The notes beneath the pieces were generated by a model that was not told the DNA's origin, did not search any database, and was given only the letters and a program-made list of their open reading frames with translations. A program made the position numbers and the translations under genes. DNA of 64,000 bases from Acidimicrobiales bacterium (GTDB lineage Bacteria > Actinomycetota > Acidimicrobiia > Acidimicrobiales > SZUA-35), in contig JABDIY010000009.1 of NCBI GenBank assembly GCA_013003535.1, positions 13,451 to 77,450 of the forward strand. Direction: 5' to 3'. This document shows, piece after piece, positions 22,099 through 31,589 of the stretch. Position 1 is the stretch's first letter, and every line of letters starts with the position of its first letter.

Positions 22099-22872
22099 TT
22101 ACCAGGGCGACGGGAGTGCTCGGGTTCGGATCCCGACAGATGCGGCAATCTCCTCGGTTGCCGGGAAGCGATCCAGTTCGGTTGTAACGATCACTGTTGC
22201 TGCGGGGGTGTGACGCAGCTGATAGTCGGATGCCACCGGGACCGCCTCTGGATCGACGCCGGCCACAAAGACATACAGCGTGTTGGTAGACCGGTCGATG
22301 GCGGCAGCTGGTTCCGGACCTAGCTGCAGGACGCGACTGTCTAGAGGTGGAAGCATCTCGAGAATTCCCGCATTCAGAAGCGACGGATCATGAAATGCTG
22401 CGGACCGGAGCCATCGCTGCCGACCCTGCCGATTGAGGGGATGGCCCGGCGCACCAGAGCTTCGTATCGACCGAGCAAAGTCTGCTGCCTTAGCGAGGAA
22501 TTCCGAGGGGTCGGTACCGGAATGCACATACCCATGGAGTTCACGATCGGCGGTCCCCACACCGATCTCCAGTTGCCCGGTAATGGCATCGGAGCGGGCG
22601 ATTTCCAGCCCCCGGACCTCGGCGACGAGCCGACCGAAATCGTCTACGACGTCCGCACCGACAGATTCGAACAGTGCCCGGTGGGCCTCTGCTGGCGAAC
22701 CGATGGGAGGAACCTCAGGCAACGGTTCCGCCTCTACCGGTTCGATCGAGGTCTGCTCCAGGGTCCAAACCGAAATCCCTTCGAATGACTGGGCCTGCCG
22801 TGCCAATGCACCAGCCCTGGATTCGGGGGAGACCACAACGACAGGGCTTGAATCCGAACGGGCCCACATCAA
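22099..22872 (-). CDS. hypothetical protein (start uncertain)
   Basis: 257-aa ORF with balanced composition and a TTG/ATG start. The frame stays open another 68 codons upstream without a canonical start codon. Confidence 0.45.
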   Translation of the reverse strand: MMWARSDSSPVVVVSPESRAGALARQAQSFEGISVWTLEQTSIEPVEAEPLPEVPPIGSPAEAHRALFESVGADVVDDFGRLVAEVRGLEIARSDAITGQLEIGVGTADRELHGYVHSGTDPSEFLAKAADFARSIRSSGAPGHPLNRQGRQRWLRSAAFHDPSLLNAGILEMLPPLDSRVLQLGPEPAAAIDRSTNTLYVFVAGVDPEAVPVASDYQLRHTPAATVIVTTELDRFPATEEIAASVGIRTRALPSPW

Positions 22873-23063
22873 TACACTCCCCAGACCGAAAACCCGGAGA
22901 TCGGACCCGTCGTCATCGACCCGCTCAGGAAGCAGGATGGCACGGCGTTCACCGTCGGCAACGGCTGCCGCGAAAGGACACGTAACCGCCTCGGGATGGG
23001 TACCGAACCGGTTACGGATGACCGCCGCAATGATGGGTGCAGCGAGGTGAGAAGGTGGAGTGG

Positions 23064-23324
23064 TCAGCTCTTGTTCTTACGACTACCGAAGCGACGCTCG
23101 AAGCGCTCGACCCGACCAGCGGTGTCAACGATCTTCATGGTGCCCGTGAAGAACGGGTGGCTGGCTGCAGAGATTTCTACCTTGTAAAGAGGGTAGGTCT
23201 CGCCATCGGTCCACTCGATCGTCTGATCGGTTTCGATCGTGGATCGTGTGAGAAATGCGAAGTTGTCAGCCGAAGAGTCCTGAAAGACTACGGGACGATA
23301 TTCGGGGTGGATTCCTGACTTCAT
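23064..23324 (-). CDS. rpmE: 50S ribosomal protein L31, type B (no Cys zinc ribbon)
   Basis: [16 protein letters not shown]...HPFFTG. 86 aa. The track ORF up to 23558 is an artefactual extension. Confidence 0.9.
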   Translation of the reverse strand: MKSGIHPEYRPVVFQDSSADNFAFLTRSTIETDQTIEWTDGETYPLYKVEISAASHPFFTGTMKIVDTAGRVERFERRFGSRKNKS

Positions 23325-23361
23325 AAGACCGACGAGCGTATCGCCATCGCGACCGGTTCCC

Positions 23362-25029
23362 TTACTTGATCGCTCCGAGCATTTCAGCATTCGATGCAGT
23401 CTGGCCGATCTTTTCCAGGAGCGTGGACATCGTTTCCAATGCGTCCTCGCCGGCCACCGAAGCCCGCAGCTGGGAAACAAGCTCGGCCTCGTCGGAGTCG
23501 AACAGTTGATCCTCGGCCCGGTTGAAGGAGGCAGCGGCGTCGATGGCGGGGAACACACCCCGGTCGGCGAGGTGACGAGAGAGGCGAATCTCTGCGGTTG
23601 CCGTTCCCCGAAACTCGTCGAGAATCAGTTCATCGACAGGCGATCCAGTCTCAGCGGTGACGGTGGCGACCATGGTCAGGGATCCACCTTCCTCGAGCGC
23701 CCGGGCCGCTCCAAAGAAGCGCTTTGGAGGGTAGATTGCCGAAGCGTCCACTCCCCCGCCCAGAAGACGTCCGCCTCCTGGTGCGATGAGGTTGTATGCC
23801 CGAACCAGCGCGGTGATTCCATCGACCAGCATCACGACATCCTGACCTTCCTCCACCAGCCGTTTGGCGCGCTCGACGGCCATCTCGGCAATGGCGACCT
23901 GTTCTTCAGGGGGTCGGTCGAAGGGGCTGGCGATCACTTCGCCGCCATCCAATCGACGGCTGAGATCCGTGATCTCTTCCGGACGATCGTCTAGCAACAT
24001 CACGATGAGGTGAGCATCCGGATGGTTGGCCTGCACGGAGACGGCAATGTCAGCCAGGAGGGTGCTGGCGCCGGTCTCGGGTGGGGCAACGATGAGGGCT
24101 CGCTGACCCTTGCCCAGCGGCACGAGGAGATCCAGTATTCGACCGCCGATGGATCCCTCGGCCTCGAGCGGCATTGCCTCGTTTGGAAAGACCGGTGTGA
24201 GATCCTCGAATCGTGGCCGTTCCTTGGCCACGGCAGGAGCTTTGCCGTTGATGAGGTCCAGCGAGTGGAGGGCCGCGTTTCGTTCGTTTCGGGCGGCCGG
24301 ACGGGCCGACCCACCAACGTGATCACCTTTGCGGAGGCCGTAGACCCGTACGGTCTTGAGCGGTACATAGACGTCTTCAGGTGACGGAAGCGCTCCGTCT
24401 ACCCGCAAGAACCCATACCCCTCGTCTCGAAGGTCAAGATTCCCGGCTACCGCTTGCGGTTCGACGGTGACCGCTTCTTCTTCGCGATCACGGCCCCGGC
24501 CGCGCCGCCGACGTCGACGGTTTCCGTCCTCCTCCTCATCCTTGGCCACCTCGTTGCGGGTGTTTCCTTCATCGGTGCTGGCGTCTACTCGGTTCGGATC
24601 GTCGGTTGCGGTGCCACCTTCGGTTTTGCCGCCTGCCCCCTGGTTCCGGCCGCCACCTTGGTTGCCGCCGCGGCCACCTTGGTTGTTACCACCCTGGTTG
24701 GTAGATCGGTTTGGCTGATTGCGCCCTCGTGGTTGGTGTGATGACGAAGCTCCACGATCGGGTGTGTCCTCGTTTTCGTCGGCCTCTTCCCGGCTCGGCG
24801 CGCCAGTTGACTCGTCAGCTCCATCTGAACTGTCAGACCCGGCTTCGCTCTGCTCACCTGGAGCAGCGCTACCGGCATCGGCGGTCCCGGTGAGATCGAG
24901 CACCATCGTTATCAGATCGTCCTTCTTGGCACGGCTGGAGGGCTTGCCTCCAAGGGCCGTGATGATCGTTTGCAGTTCGCCACGATCCTTCTTCTGCAGG
25001 TCGGCGCGACCGACGACGGCATCACTCAC
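23362..25029 (-). CDS. rho: transcription termination factor Rho with an N-terminal low-complexity insertion
   Basis: Rho_N ([13 protein letters not shown]), RNA-binding and RecA-type ATPase core (PPETGAST). GTG start preceded by AGGAGA. Confidence 0.95.
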   Translation of the reverse strand: MSDAVVGRADLQKKDRGELQTIITALGGKPSSRAKKDDLITMVLDLTGTADAGSAAPGEQSEAGSDSSDGADESTGAPSREEADENEDTPDRGASSSHQPRGRNQPNRSTNQGGNNQGGRGGNQGGGRNQGAGGKTEGGTATDDPNRVDASTDEGNTRNEVAKDEEEDGNRRRRRRGRGRDREEEAVTVEPQAVAGNLDLRDEGYGFLRVDGALPSPEDVYVPLKTVRVYGLRKGDHVGGSARPAARNERNAALHSLDLINGKAPAVAKERPRFEDLTPVFPNEAMPLEAEGSIGGRILDLLVPLGKGQRALIVAPPETGASTLLADIAVSVQANHPDAHLIVMLLDDRPEEITDLSRRLDGGEVIASPFDRPPEEQVAIAEMAVERAKRLVEEGQDVVMLVDGITALVRAYNLIAPGGGRLLGGGVDASAIYPPKRFFGAARALEEGGSLTMVATVTAETGSPVDELILDEFRGTATAEIRLSRHLADRGVFPAIDAAASFNRAEDQLFDSDEAELVSQLRASVAGEDALETMSTLLEKIGQTASNAEMLGAIK

Positions 25030-25100
25030 GTTGAGATTCTCCTGTGAATTTTCTCTCGGATGGCGTAGGTGGCAGTGTTGCCAGGTAGCGCCGGAATGCG

Positions 25101-26507
25101 CTACGCGTGCTTCTCGCCAGACCCGGACTGTAGCGGCAGATACGGCCGAATGGCGCCAAGATCGTTGGGAACCGAATGGAATCGTTCGGGCAAGTTCATG
25201 AGATCACCCGCTCGGTCGGGTACCTCCGGCGTCACGCCGGTGGCCTCAGCAACCGCAGCCCCGAACTTGGCAGGGTGGGCGGTGCCCAAGACGATGAGTG
25301 GTACATCAGGATCGCGCCGCCTATTACGGCCAACATGAAGAGCGACTGCCGTGTGAGGATCGACCAGGATTCCCAGTTCGGAGTGAACTCTCCTCATTTC
25401 GGCCAGCGTGCCATCATCATCGAGGCGCCCACCGTCGAACTCTTCCCGGATTCGATCCATCCAAGCGTCCGGAACCTGGACGGTGCCAGTGGCCCGGAAC
25501 GTGGAAAGCAGTTCGGTGACCGCGTCGCCGTCGCCTCCGGATGCTTCGAAGAGGAGTCGTTCGAAGTTGCTTGATATCTGGATGTCCATGCTCGGGCTCA
25601 GCGACGGAACTACGGATTCAGCTACGAGAGCGCCCGATTCTAGGACCCGTGTGAGGACATCGTTGCGGTTGGACGCCACGATCAACTGGTCGATCGGGAG
25701 CCCCATGTGTTTGGCATACCATCCCGCCAAGACGTTGCCAAAGTTGCCGGTGGGCACACTGAAACTGACCGCAGCACCCGAAGGCGAAACCCGCCGAGCA
25801 GCACTGACGTAATACGCGGTTTGGGCCATGACGCGAGCCCAGTTGATGCTGTTGACAGCGGCCAGCCGAGCACCGACACGGAGATCGGCGTCACCAAAGG
25901 CCTCCTTCACCAGATCCTGACAATCGTCGAAGTTTCCTGCGACCGCGAGATTGGTGATGTTGGGCGCGTCGACCGTGGTCATTTGCCGCCGTTGGATCTC
26001 GCTCACGCGACCCTCAGGATGAAGAATCACCACCTCCACCCGCTCGCGGTTGGCGAGGGCATGAATCGCCGCAGATCCGGTGTCACCCGACGTCGCGCCG
26101 ATCACCGTGACCCGCTCGTCGCGTTTGGTGAGCTCGTAATCCAGCAACCGGCCCAGCAGCTGCAATGCGAAGTCTTTGAAGGCCAGCGTGGGGCCAAATG
26201 ACAGGTCGCAGAGCCACTGGTTGTGACCGAGGTCGAAGACCGGCGCCACCGCCGGATCAGAGAATCCTCGGTACGTATCGGTGACCATGGCCACGAAATC
26301 AGCCCGACCAATAGACCCCTCCACGAAGGGCCACATGACAGCTATGGCGATCTCGGAATAGGAGAGCTCGTCTGTGATTCCTTCGCCCAACTCCGGGATC
26401 TCTGTTGGCACGTACAGACCACCGTCTGTGGCCAAGCCGGCAAGGAGAACGTCAGCGAAGCCAAGTTCGGGGGCCTTGCCCCTCGTGGAACGATAGGTGA
26501 TGACCAT
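25101..26507 (-). CDS. thrC: threonine synthase (long form)
   Basis: YRSTRG N-terminus, FGPTLAFKD PLP-lysine motif. 468 aa. Confidence 0.95.
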   Translation of the reverse strand: MVITYRSTRGKAPELGFADVLLAGLATDGGLYVPTEIPELGEGITDELSYSEIAIAVMWPFVEGSIGRADFVAMVTDTYRGFSDPAVAPVFDLGHNQWLCDLSFGPTLAFKDFALQLLGRLLDYELTKRDERVTVIGATSGDTGSAAIHALANRERVEVVILHPEGRVSEIQRRQMTTVDAPNITNLAVAGNFDDCQDLVKEAFGDADLRVGARLAAVNSINWARVMAQTAYYVSAARRVSPSGAAVSFSVPTGNFGNVLAGWYAKHMGLPIDQLIVASNRNDVLTRVLESGALVAESVVPSLSPSMDIQISSNFERLLFEASGGDGDAVTELLSTFRATGTVQVPDAWMDRIREEFDGGRLDDDGTLAEMRRVHSELGILVDPHTAVALHVGRNRRRDPDVPLIVLGTAHPAKFGAAVAEATGVTPEVPDRAGDLMNLPERFHSVPNDLGAIRPYLPLQSGSGEKHA

Positions 26508-27790
26508 TACTGACCGATCACCCGCAGAACGCTCCCGACGCCTCGTACCACCTTCATTCCTTTGAATGCGGTGAGGGTCTCGCGCAGGTTGCGCTCAGGA
26601 GCAGCGTGCGTGATGAAGACCAGACGAGCGGTGCCGCCGTTCGCATCGTGCTCGACATCATGGAGATCATGCTGTTCCATGGTGCGGATGGAGACACCGT
26701 GCTGGCCCAATGCTCCAGCGACCTGAGCAAGGACTCCAGCGGCATCGGTGACCTCGAGATTCACATAGAAGGCGCTGGGGAGATCGTCGATCGGTTTGAT
26801 GGGCACGCGCGGTCCTACCGACACCGGACGATGCCCGCCCTGGCGTAAGGCTGCGGACGCCTCCAACACATCACCCAGCACCGCCGAGGCGGTCGGGGCC
26901 CCACCGGCTCCCCGGCCGTAGAACATCAGTTCCCCACTGGCAGCACCCTCTACAAAGACAGCGTTGAAGCTGTCTCGAACGCTCGCCAAGGGATGAGAAT
27001 TGGGAACCATCGCCGGGTGGACCCGCACCCCAACGGACTGTTTGCCGTCTACGAGAAACTGTTCTGCAATGGCCAGCAGCTTGATTTGATGACCGAGACG
27101 CTGGGCGAAATCGATGTCGGTAGCCGTGATACTGCTGATGCCCTCGTGGTAGACGTCACCAGCAACAACATCGGCGTTGAAAGCGATCGAGGCCATGATC
27201 GCAGCTTTGGCACCCGCGTCGAATCCTTCCACGTCAGCGGTGGGGTCACGTTCGGCATATCCAAGTCGTTGGGCTTCGCTCAACGCAGCGGAGTAGTCGG
27301 CGCCGTCCTCGGTCATCTTGGTGAGGATGTAGTTGGTTGTGCCATTCACGATGCCGGTGATACGGGAGATATCTTCGCCAGACAAGCTGGCACGGAGGGC
27401 ACGTACGATGGGAATGGCTCCGGCCACGGCCGCCTCAAAGAGCAGGTCAACTCCAGCGTCATCCGCGACCCTCATGAGTTCTGCCCCGCAGTTGGAGATC
27501 AACTCTTTGTTTGCGGTGACTACGGGTTTCCCGGCCTTGAGGGCCGAAACGATGAGCGACTTGGCCGGTTCTATCCCGCCGATCACTTCCACCACGATGT
27601 CCACATCGTCACGGTCCACTACAGCCTGGGCATCGGTGGTGAGAAGCTCCGATGAGATAGCGGCCGCCCGAGCCTTGGTGGCGCTTCGGACCGCTACCGA
27701 ACGGAGCGCAAGATCAGGTTGGTCGGCCAGCAGCGTTGCCAAGGCACCTCCGACGGTCCCACAGCCCAGCAATCCGATTCCCAGAGTCAC
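26507..27790 (-). CDS. hom: homoserine dehydrogenase
   Basis: GLLGCGTVGG NAD motif and a C-terminal ACT-like region. 1-nt overlap (TAATG) with thrC. Confidence 0.93.
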   Translation of the reverse strand: MTLGIGLLGCGTVGGALATLLADQPDLALRSVAVRSATKARAAAISSELLTTDAQAVVDRDDVDIVVEVIGGIEPAKSLIVSALKAGKPVVTANKELISNCGAELMRVADDAGVDLLFEAAVAGAIPIVRALRASLSGEDISRITGIVNGTTNYILTKMTEDGADYSAALSEAQRLGYAERDPTADVEGFDAGAKAAIMASIAFNADVVAGDVYHEGISSITATDIDFAQRLGHQIKLLAIAEQFLVDGKQSVGVRVHPAMVPNSHPLASVRDSFNAVFVEGAASGELMFYGRGAGGAPTASAVLGDVLEASAALRQGGHRPVSVGPRVPIKPIDDLPSAFYVNLEVTDAAGVLAQVAGALGQHGVSIRTMEQHDLHDVEHDANGGTARLVFITHAAPERNLRETLTAFKGMKVVRGVGSVLRVIGQ

Positions 27791-27885
27791 TGGCTCATCC
27801 TAGTGCCACCGCCCCACCTGACCCCCGGCACAAACGGCCTGCGCTGGCTCGGAACTCTGACTTCCTGATCCTTGAACCGGTTCGG

Positions 27886-29622
27886 TTAGGGCGGCATCGT
27901 GTCGGTGGCCAATATGAATTCGACGGATTCGCTGAATCCGATCATGACCTGGCCCCGTGTGAGGACGCCCGTCTCCAGTGTTTCCAGCCAAAACGCTCGA
28001 CCCTTGACATCTGGGACCCGCCCCAGGACGTTCTGGTACACGAGATCGACGAACTGGCCGTTGTCCAGATTGCCGTAGGTCCCAACGAACTCAGCGGACC
28101 GGGCGAACTCGCCGCTCAAAGCCCCCAGGTTGGCACCGTTGGCGATTTGTTCGAGCCAGAAATCCAGGCCCCCTTGGTCTGCGCTCCTGTTGAAGTAGGC
28201 ACGATAGAGACGCTCGATCTGGTGCCCGAGCGAAGGGCCCGGCGCGGCGGTTTCGGTCCGATTCAGGAACTCCTGGCTTTCGGAAAACCCGATCATCAAT
28301 GAACCCCTTGTCATGCCAGATTGGAGTTGCCCCAACCAAAACGCTCGACCCGAAGCGTCGGGGGGCCGGCCCAAAACATTGGCATACACGAGATCTACGA
28401 AACCACCATCGCTGAGGACTCCGTAGGTGTTCTCGAACTCCGTCGATGCGGCGAACTGCGCCGAGATGGCGCTGAGCGAAGTGCCGCCAGCTCGGAATGT
28501 GGTCCAATAGGAAAGGCCTCTGCTGTCGGGCTCGCGGTCGAGATAAGCGAAATAGAGCCGCCGAATTTGATCACTCAATTGCGGGCCCTCGAGACTGCGC
28601 CGATCAATGATCCGTATCTCGGGGCCGTTGAGATCCATCAGCTCCAGAATCGTGTCGCCGGTGCCTCGAGAGGTCAACAATGCAGCCCCGCTGAGAGAGG
28701 CGTCGCGGGGCCGTCCCAGCGGTGACGCCCCCGACGCTTGCAGATAGGTGAGTTCGCCGCTGGTTCGCCACCTATAGAGCTCATCATTGCTGTTGAAGAG
28801 CACGCTGGTGGCATTGCCGGCCAACACCACCGGAGCTGCTGATGCCTGGCTGGGCTGGGGATACCCAACCTCGGTGGGGGTGGAACCGTCGGTAGTGGCG
28901 ATGCTGAAGCGCACCGGGTCTGTGGCGGCCAGCGCTTGGACAGAAGCATCGGCCGAAAGGCCGGCCAGTTGGGTCAAGGGCGAAAAACTTGCCACTCCGG
29001 AACTCACTGCCACCTGACGGATCGATTCACCCGAGCGAAAGAAGGCGGCCTGACCGTTGGGGATGACAAAGACGTCGTGAGCTTCAGGTCCGAGCGCCGG
29101 TGTCACCGTGGCCGAGAATGACCGAACCCGGGTGGCGGTCCAGATCCGCATGATTCCCGATGTTCCGCTGACCTGTTCTGTGTAAACGACAACTGCGCCG
29201 GACTGGCTCAGCGCCATGTCCGTGATCCTGCCTCCGTTGCTGGGGAGCGCCACGCTCTGACCGGTGGCGCGACTCCATCGCAGCGGGAGGCCACCGGAGC
29301 TGTAGACCACGGTTTCACCGCGATCGGATACGCCAAACGGCACCGCATCCACGTCGCCCAGGAGAATGGTGTTGTTCATGCCCACGTCAAAGAGCCCAAC
29401 CCGACCGCCGGGCCGGTCATAGAGAACAAACCGCCCATTGCCCGACAGGTCCGCGAACGAGTTGTTCGCCGCCGACCCTACAAATCGGGGGGTGACCCGC
29501 ATTCGCAGGGAGGCCAGCGAGTCGACCGGGGCAGTAGCCGCCCCGACGGGAAGTGCCAGCCCTGCCACAGCTGCCAGTACCACGACCAAAATCAGAGTCA
29601 GGCGACGCATAGATTTCATCAT
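27886..29622 (-). CDS. secreted protein: N-terminal propeller-like region plus three C-terminal DUF4214 repeats
   Basis: Signal peptide MKSMRRLTLILVVVLAAVAGLALPVGA. The pattern (I/V)xRLYxAY(L/F)xRxxDxxGLxxW...L(V)YxNVLGRxPDxxG(R)xFW occurs three times. Confidence 0.7.
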   Translation of the reverse strand: MMKSMRRLTLILVVVLAAVAGLALPVGAATAPVDSLASLRMRVTPRFVGSAANNSFADLSGNGRFVLYDRPGGRVGLFDVGMNNTILLGDVDAVPFGVSDRGETVVYSSGGLPLRWSRATGQSVALPSNGGRITDMALSQSGAVVVYTEQVSGTSGIMRIWTATRVRSFSATVTPALGPEAHDVFVIPNGQAAFFRSGESIRQVAVSSGVASFSPLTQLAGLSADASVQALAATDPVRFSIATTDGSTPTEVGYPQPSQASAAPVVLAGNATSVLFNSNDELYRWRTSGELTYLQASGASPLGRPRDASLSGAALLTSRGTGDTILELMDLNGPEIRIIDRRSLEGPQLSDQIRRLYFAYLDREPDSRGLSYWTTFRAGGTSLSAISAQFAASTEFENTYGVLSDGGFVDLVYANVLGRPPDASGRAFWLGQLQSGMTRGSLMIGFSESQEFLNRTETAAPGPSLGHQIERLYRAYFNRSADQGGLDFWLEQIANGANLGALSGEFARSAEFVGTYGNLDNGQFVDLVYQNVLGRVPDVKGRAFWLETLETGVLTRGQVMIGFSESVEFILATDTMPP

Positions 29623-29677
29623 CCACGATCACCGGCCGGTGCGCGGGGACACCCCGCCTCACCTGCCGATGCCTCCA

Positions 29678-30193
29678 TCAGCTTGCGATCAGTCGTTCCA
29701 CACCAGCACGGAGTTCCTCGCCACGGACCGCACCATAGGTGGTGAGATCCGTGGTCCCGTCGTCGTTGATGAACAGAAAGGTCGAACGTCCGCTGGTTTC
29801 GAACTGTTTCCAAAGCGAACCGTCGACATCCTGGATCTGAGGGAAGTTGGAAGTGCCGGTGTCATCGATGAACTTCTGGACCGCCGCCAGATCGGACGGG
29901 TCGGAGATTCCGATGAACTTCACGTCATCTCCGTATTCGGCTTCGACCTCTGCGACCGCAGGGCCCTCTGCTCGGCACGACGTTCACCATGGTGCCCAAA
30001 ACCAGACCACCAGGTCCGAGTTGCGATAACTCGCAAGATCGACGGTTTCGCCGGTCACCGTGGAGAACTCGCCGGTGAGCTTTTTTTCCACCGAAGCTCC
30101 GGCTGCTGCTGGGCTCACTACGGCCTCCTCGGCACTTGCACCGCAGGCAGCAAAGAGCAAAGACAGAGCAATGATGAGCCGGGTCGCCTTCAC
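29678..30193 (-). CDS. TlpA/ResA/DsbE-like thioredoxin-fold lipoprotein interrupted by an in-frame TGA at the CxxC motif (candidate selenoprotein, or pseudogene)
   Basis: Track ORFs 29984..30259 and 29678..29923 share one frame. Read-through gives WFWAPW-[TGA 29984..29986]-TSCRAEGP.... Lipobox LLFAAC follows a GTG at 30193. Confidence 0.5.
29953..29974 (-). promoter_or_regulatory. hairpin 9 nt downstream of the in-frame TGA (SECIS-like candidate)
   Basis: mRNA CGAGCAG-AGGGCC-CUGC-GG-UCG: 7 bp with a 2-nt bulge and a G-rich 6-nt loop starting 16 nt after the UGA. Confidence 0.3.
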
Positions 30194-30303
30194 GCAGGTC
30201 ACGTTAGCCCGCAGCCTTCGCTGGTGGATGTCACCCTGACAGCAGGTGGCTGCTGCCAACCATCGGTTTGAATGTCAACACCAAGCCCATCGCGACAAAA
30301 CCC

Positions 30304-31575
30304 TTAGGTGAGATCGGTGGTGAGCAGGTCAGCGAGCGTTTCGCGGCGCACAACCATGCGAGCGTCGCCGTTTTCACAGAAGACCACGGGCGGGCGAAGC
30401 ACCTTGTTGTAGTTGCTCCCCATACTGTGGCCGTAGGCGCCGGTCACCGGGGTAGCTAGTACGTCGCCCACAACGGTGTCCGCAGGCAGCAAACCCTCCC
30501 GGACCAAAATGTCGCCACTCTCGCAGTGTTTACCCACGATCCTGGCATGGAATGGCCGTTCGGCAGCGACTGCCCTGGGGAGGAATGTCTCGTAGCCGGA
30601 CCCATAGAGAACGGGCCGAGGGTTGTCGCTCATTCCCCCATCGACCGCCACATAGTTGCGGATGCCATCAAGCCGCTTGATCGTCCCCACGGTGTATGCC
30701 GTGATCGCGGCGCCTGCCGCAATGGAACGGCCAGGTTCGATCCCCAACGTCGCCGTGATGCCGGCCTGCGCCGCCTCACGCTTCAAAATCTGGCCCCACT
30801 GACGGATGGTGGGGGCCTCCTCGCCTGCTACATAGGGAACTCCAAGACCGCCACCGACCACCAGCTCGGCGAGACCGAATGGCTCGGAGAACTCGGCGAG
30901 CACCTGCAACGATTGGGCGAAGCTTTCGACACGAAAGACCTGCGAACCGATGTGGGCATGGATACCGACCAGGTTGACAGCTTCGGACGCACCGGCCCGT
31001 TCGACCGCTTTGGCTGCCACCCCGGTGCTCACTGTGAAGCCGAATTTGGAATCATCCTGGCCGGTGGCGATGAACTCATGGGTGTGCGCCTCCACGCCGG
31101 GCGTGACCCGAAGAAGCACCTTGGGCGGGCCATGGCCCTGCGCATGCAATGAGTCCAGCCGATTCAGCTCGTCGAAACTGTCCACCACGATCCGGCCAAC
31201 GCCCTCCCTGATCGCCATCCTCAGCTCGGCCACGCTCTTGTTGTTGCCATGGAATACGAGGTCGGCGGCCGGCACGCCCGCCGCTCGAGCGATATGGAAC
31301 TCTCCTGCCGTGGCGACGTCCAGCGTCATGCCCTCATCGTTGGCCAGTTTCGCCATGGCTTTGCAGAGGAACGCCTTCGTGGCATAGGTGGCGTGCCGGC
31401 CAAAGAGCTCTACCGCATCACGACAGCGCTGCCGAAGATGGGTTTCGTCGTAGATGAACAACGGGGTTCCGTATTCATCAGCGAGATCGAGGACGCTGCA
31501 CCCGCCGATCACCAGTTCACCAGCATCACCCAGCTCAGACGAGTCGGGAAGAAGCTCCCACGGAACTGGTTTCAT
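30304..31575 (-). CDS. lysA: diaminopimelate decarboxylase
   Basis: TPLFIYDE, YATKAF (PLP Lys), CESGD. ATG at 31575 was chosen because the longer ORF overlaps argS. Confidence 0.93.
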   Translation of the reverse strand: MKPVPWELLPDSSELGDAGELVIGGCSVLDLADEYGTPLFIYDETHLRQRCRDAVELFGRHATYATKAFLCKAMAKLANDEGMTLDVATAGEFHIARAAGVPAADLVFHGNNKSVAELRMAIREGVGRIVVDSFDELNRLDSLHAQGHGPPKVLLRVTPGVEAHTHEFIATGQDDSKFGFTVSTGVAAKAVERAGASEAVNLVGIHAHIGSQVFRVESFAQSLQVLAEFSEPFGLAELVVGGGLGVPYVAGEEAPTIRQWGQILKREAAQAGITATLGIEPGRSIAAGAAITAYTVGTIKRLDGIRNYVAVDGGMSDNPRPVLYGSGYETFLPRAVAAERPFHARIVGKHCESGDILVREGLLPADTVVGDVLATPVTGAYGHSMGSNYNKVLRPPVVFCENGDARMVVRRETLADLLTTDLT

Positions 31576-31589
31576 CGCAGGGAGCGTAG

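Noticed and set aside
23325-23558. N-terminal extension of the L31 ORF (164 aa in the track)
   Set aside because: The extension overlaps the 3-prime end of rho and is Pro/Ser/Arg/Cys-rich. L31 homology starts at MKSGIHPEY (ATG at 23324).
27874-27883. Perfect palindrome gaaccggttc just after the DUF4214 gene stop, considered as a terminator
   Set aside because: A 10-mer with no loop cannot form a stable terminator hairpin, and no T-tract follows. It could be an operator, but nothing supports that.
29678-30259. Treating 29984..30259 and 29678..29923 as two independent small genes
   Set aside because: They are one frame of a single thioredoxin-fold domain split at the CxxC. Neither half would fold alone. 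Reported instead as a candidate selenoprotein or pseudogene.
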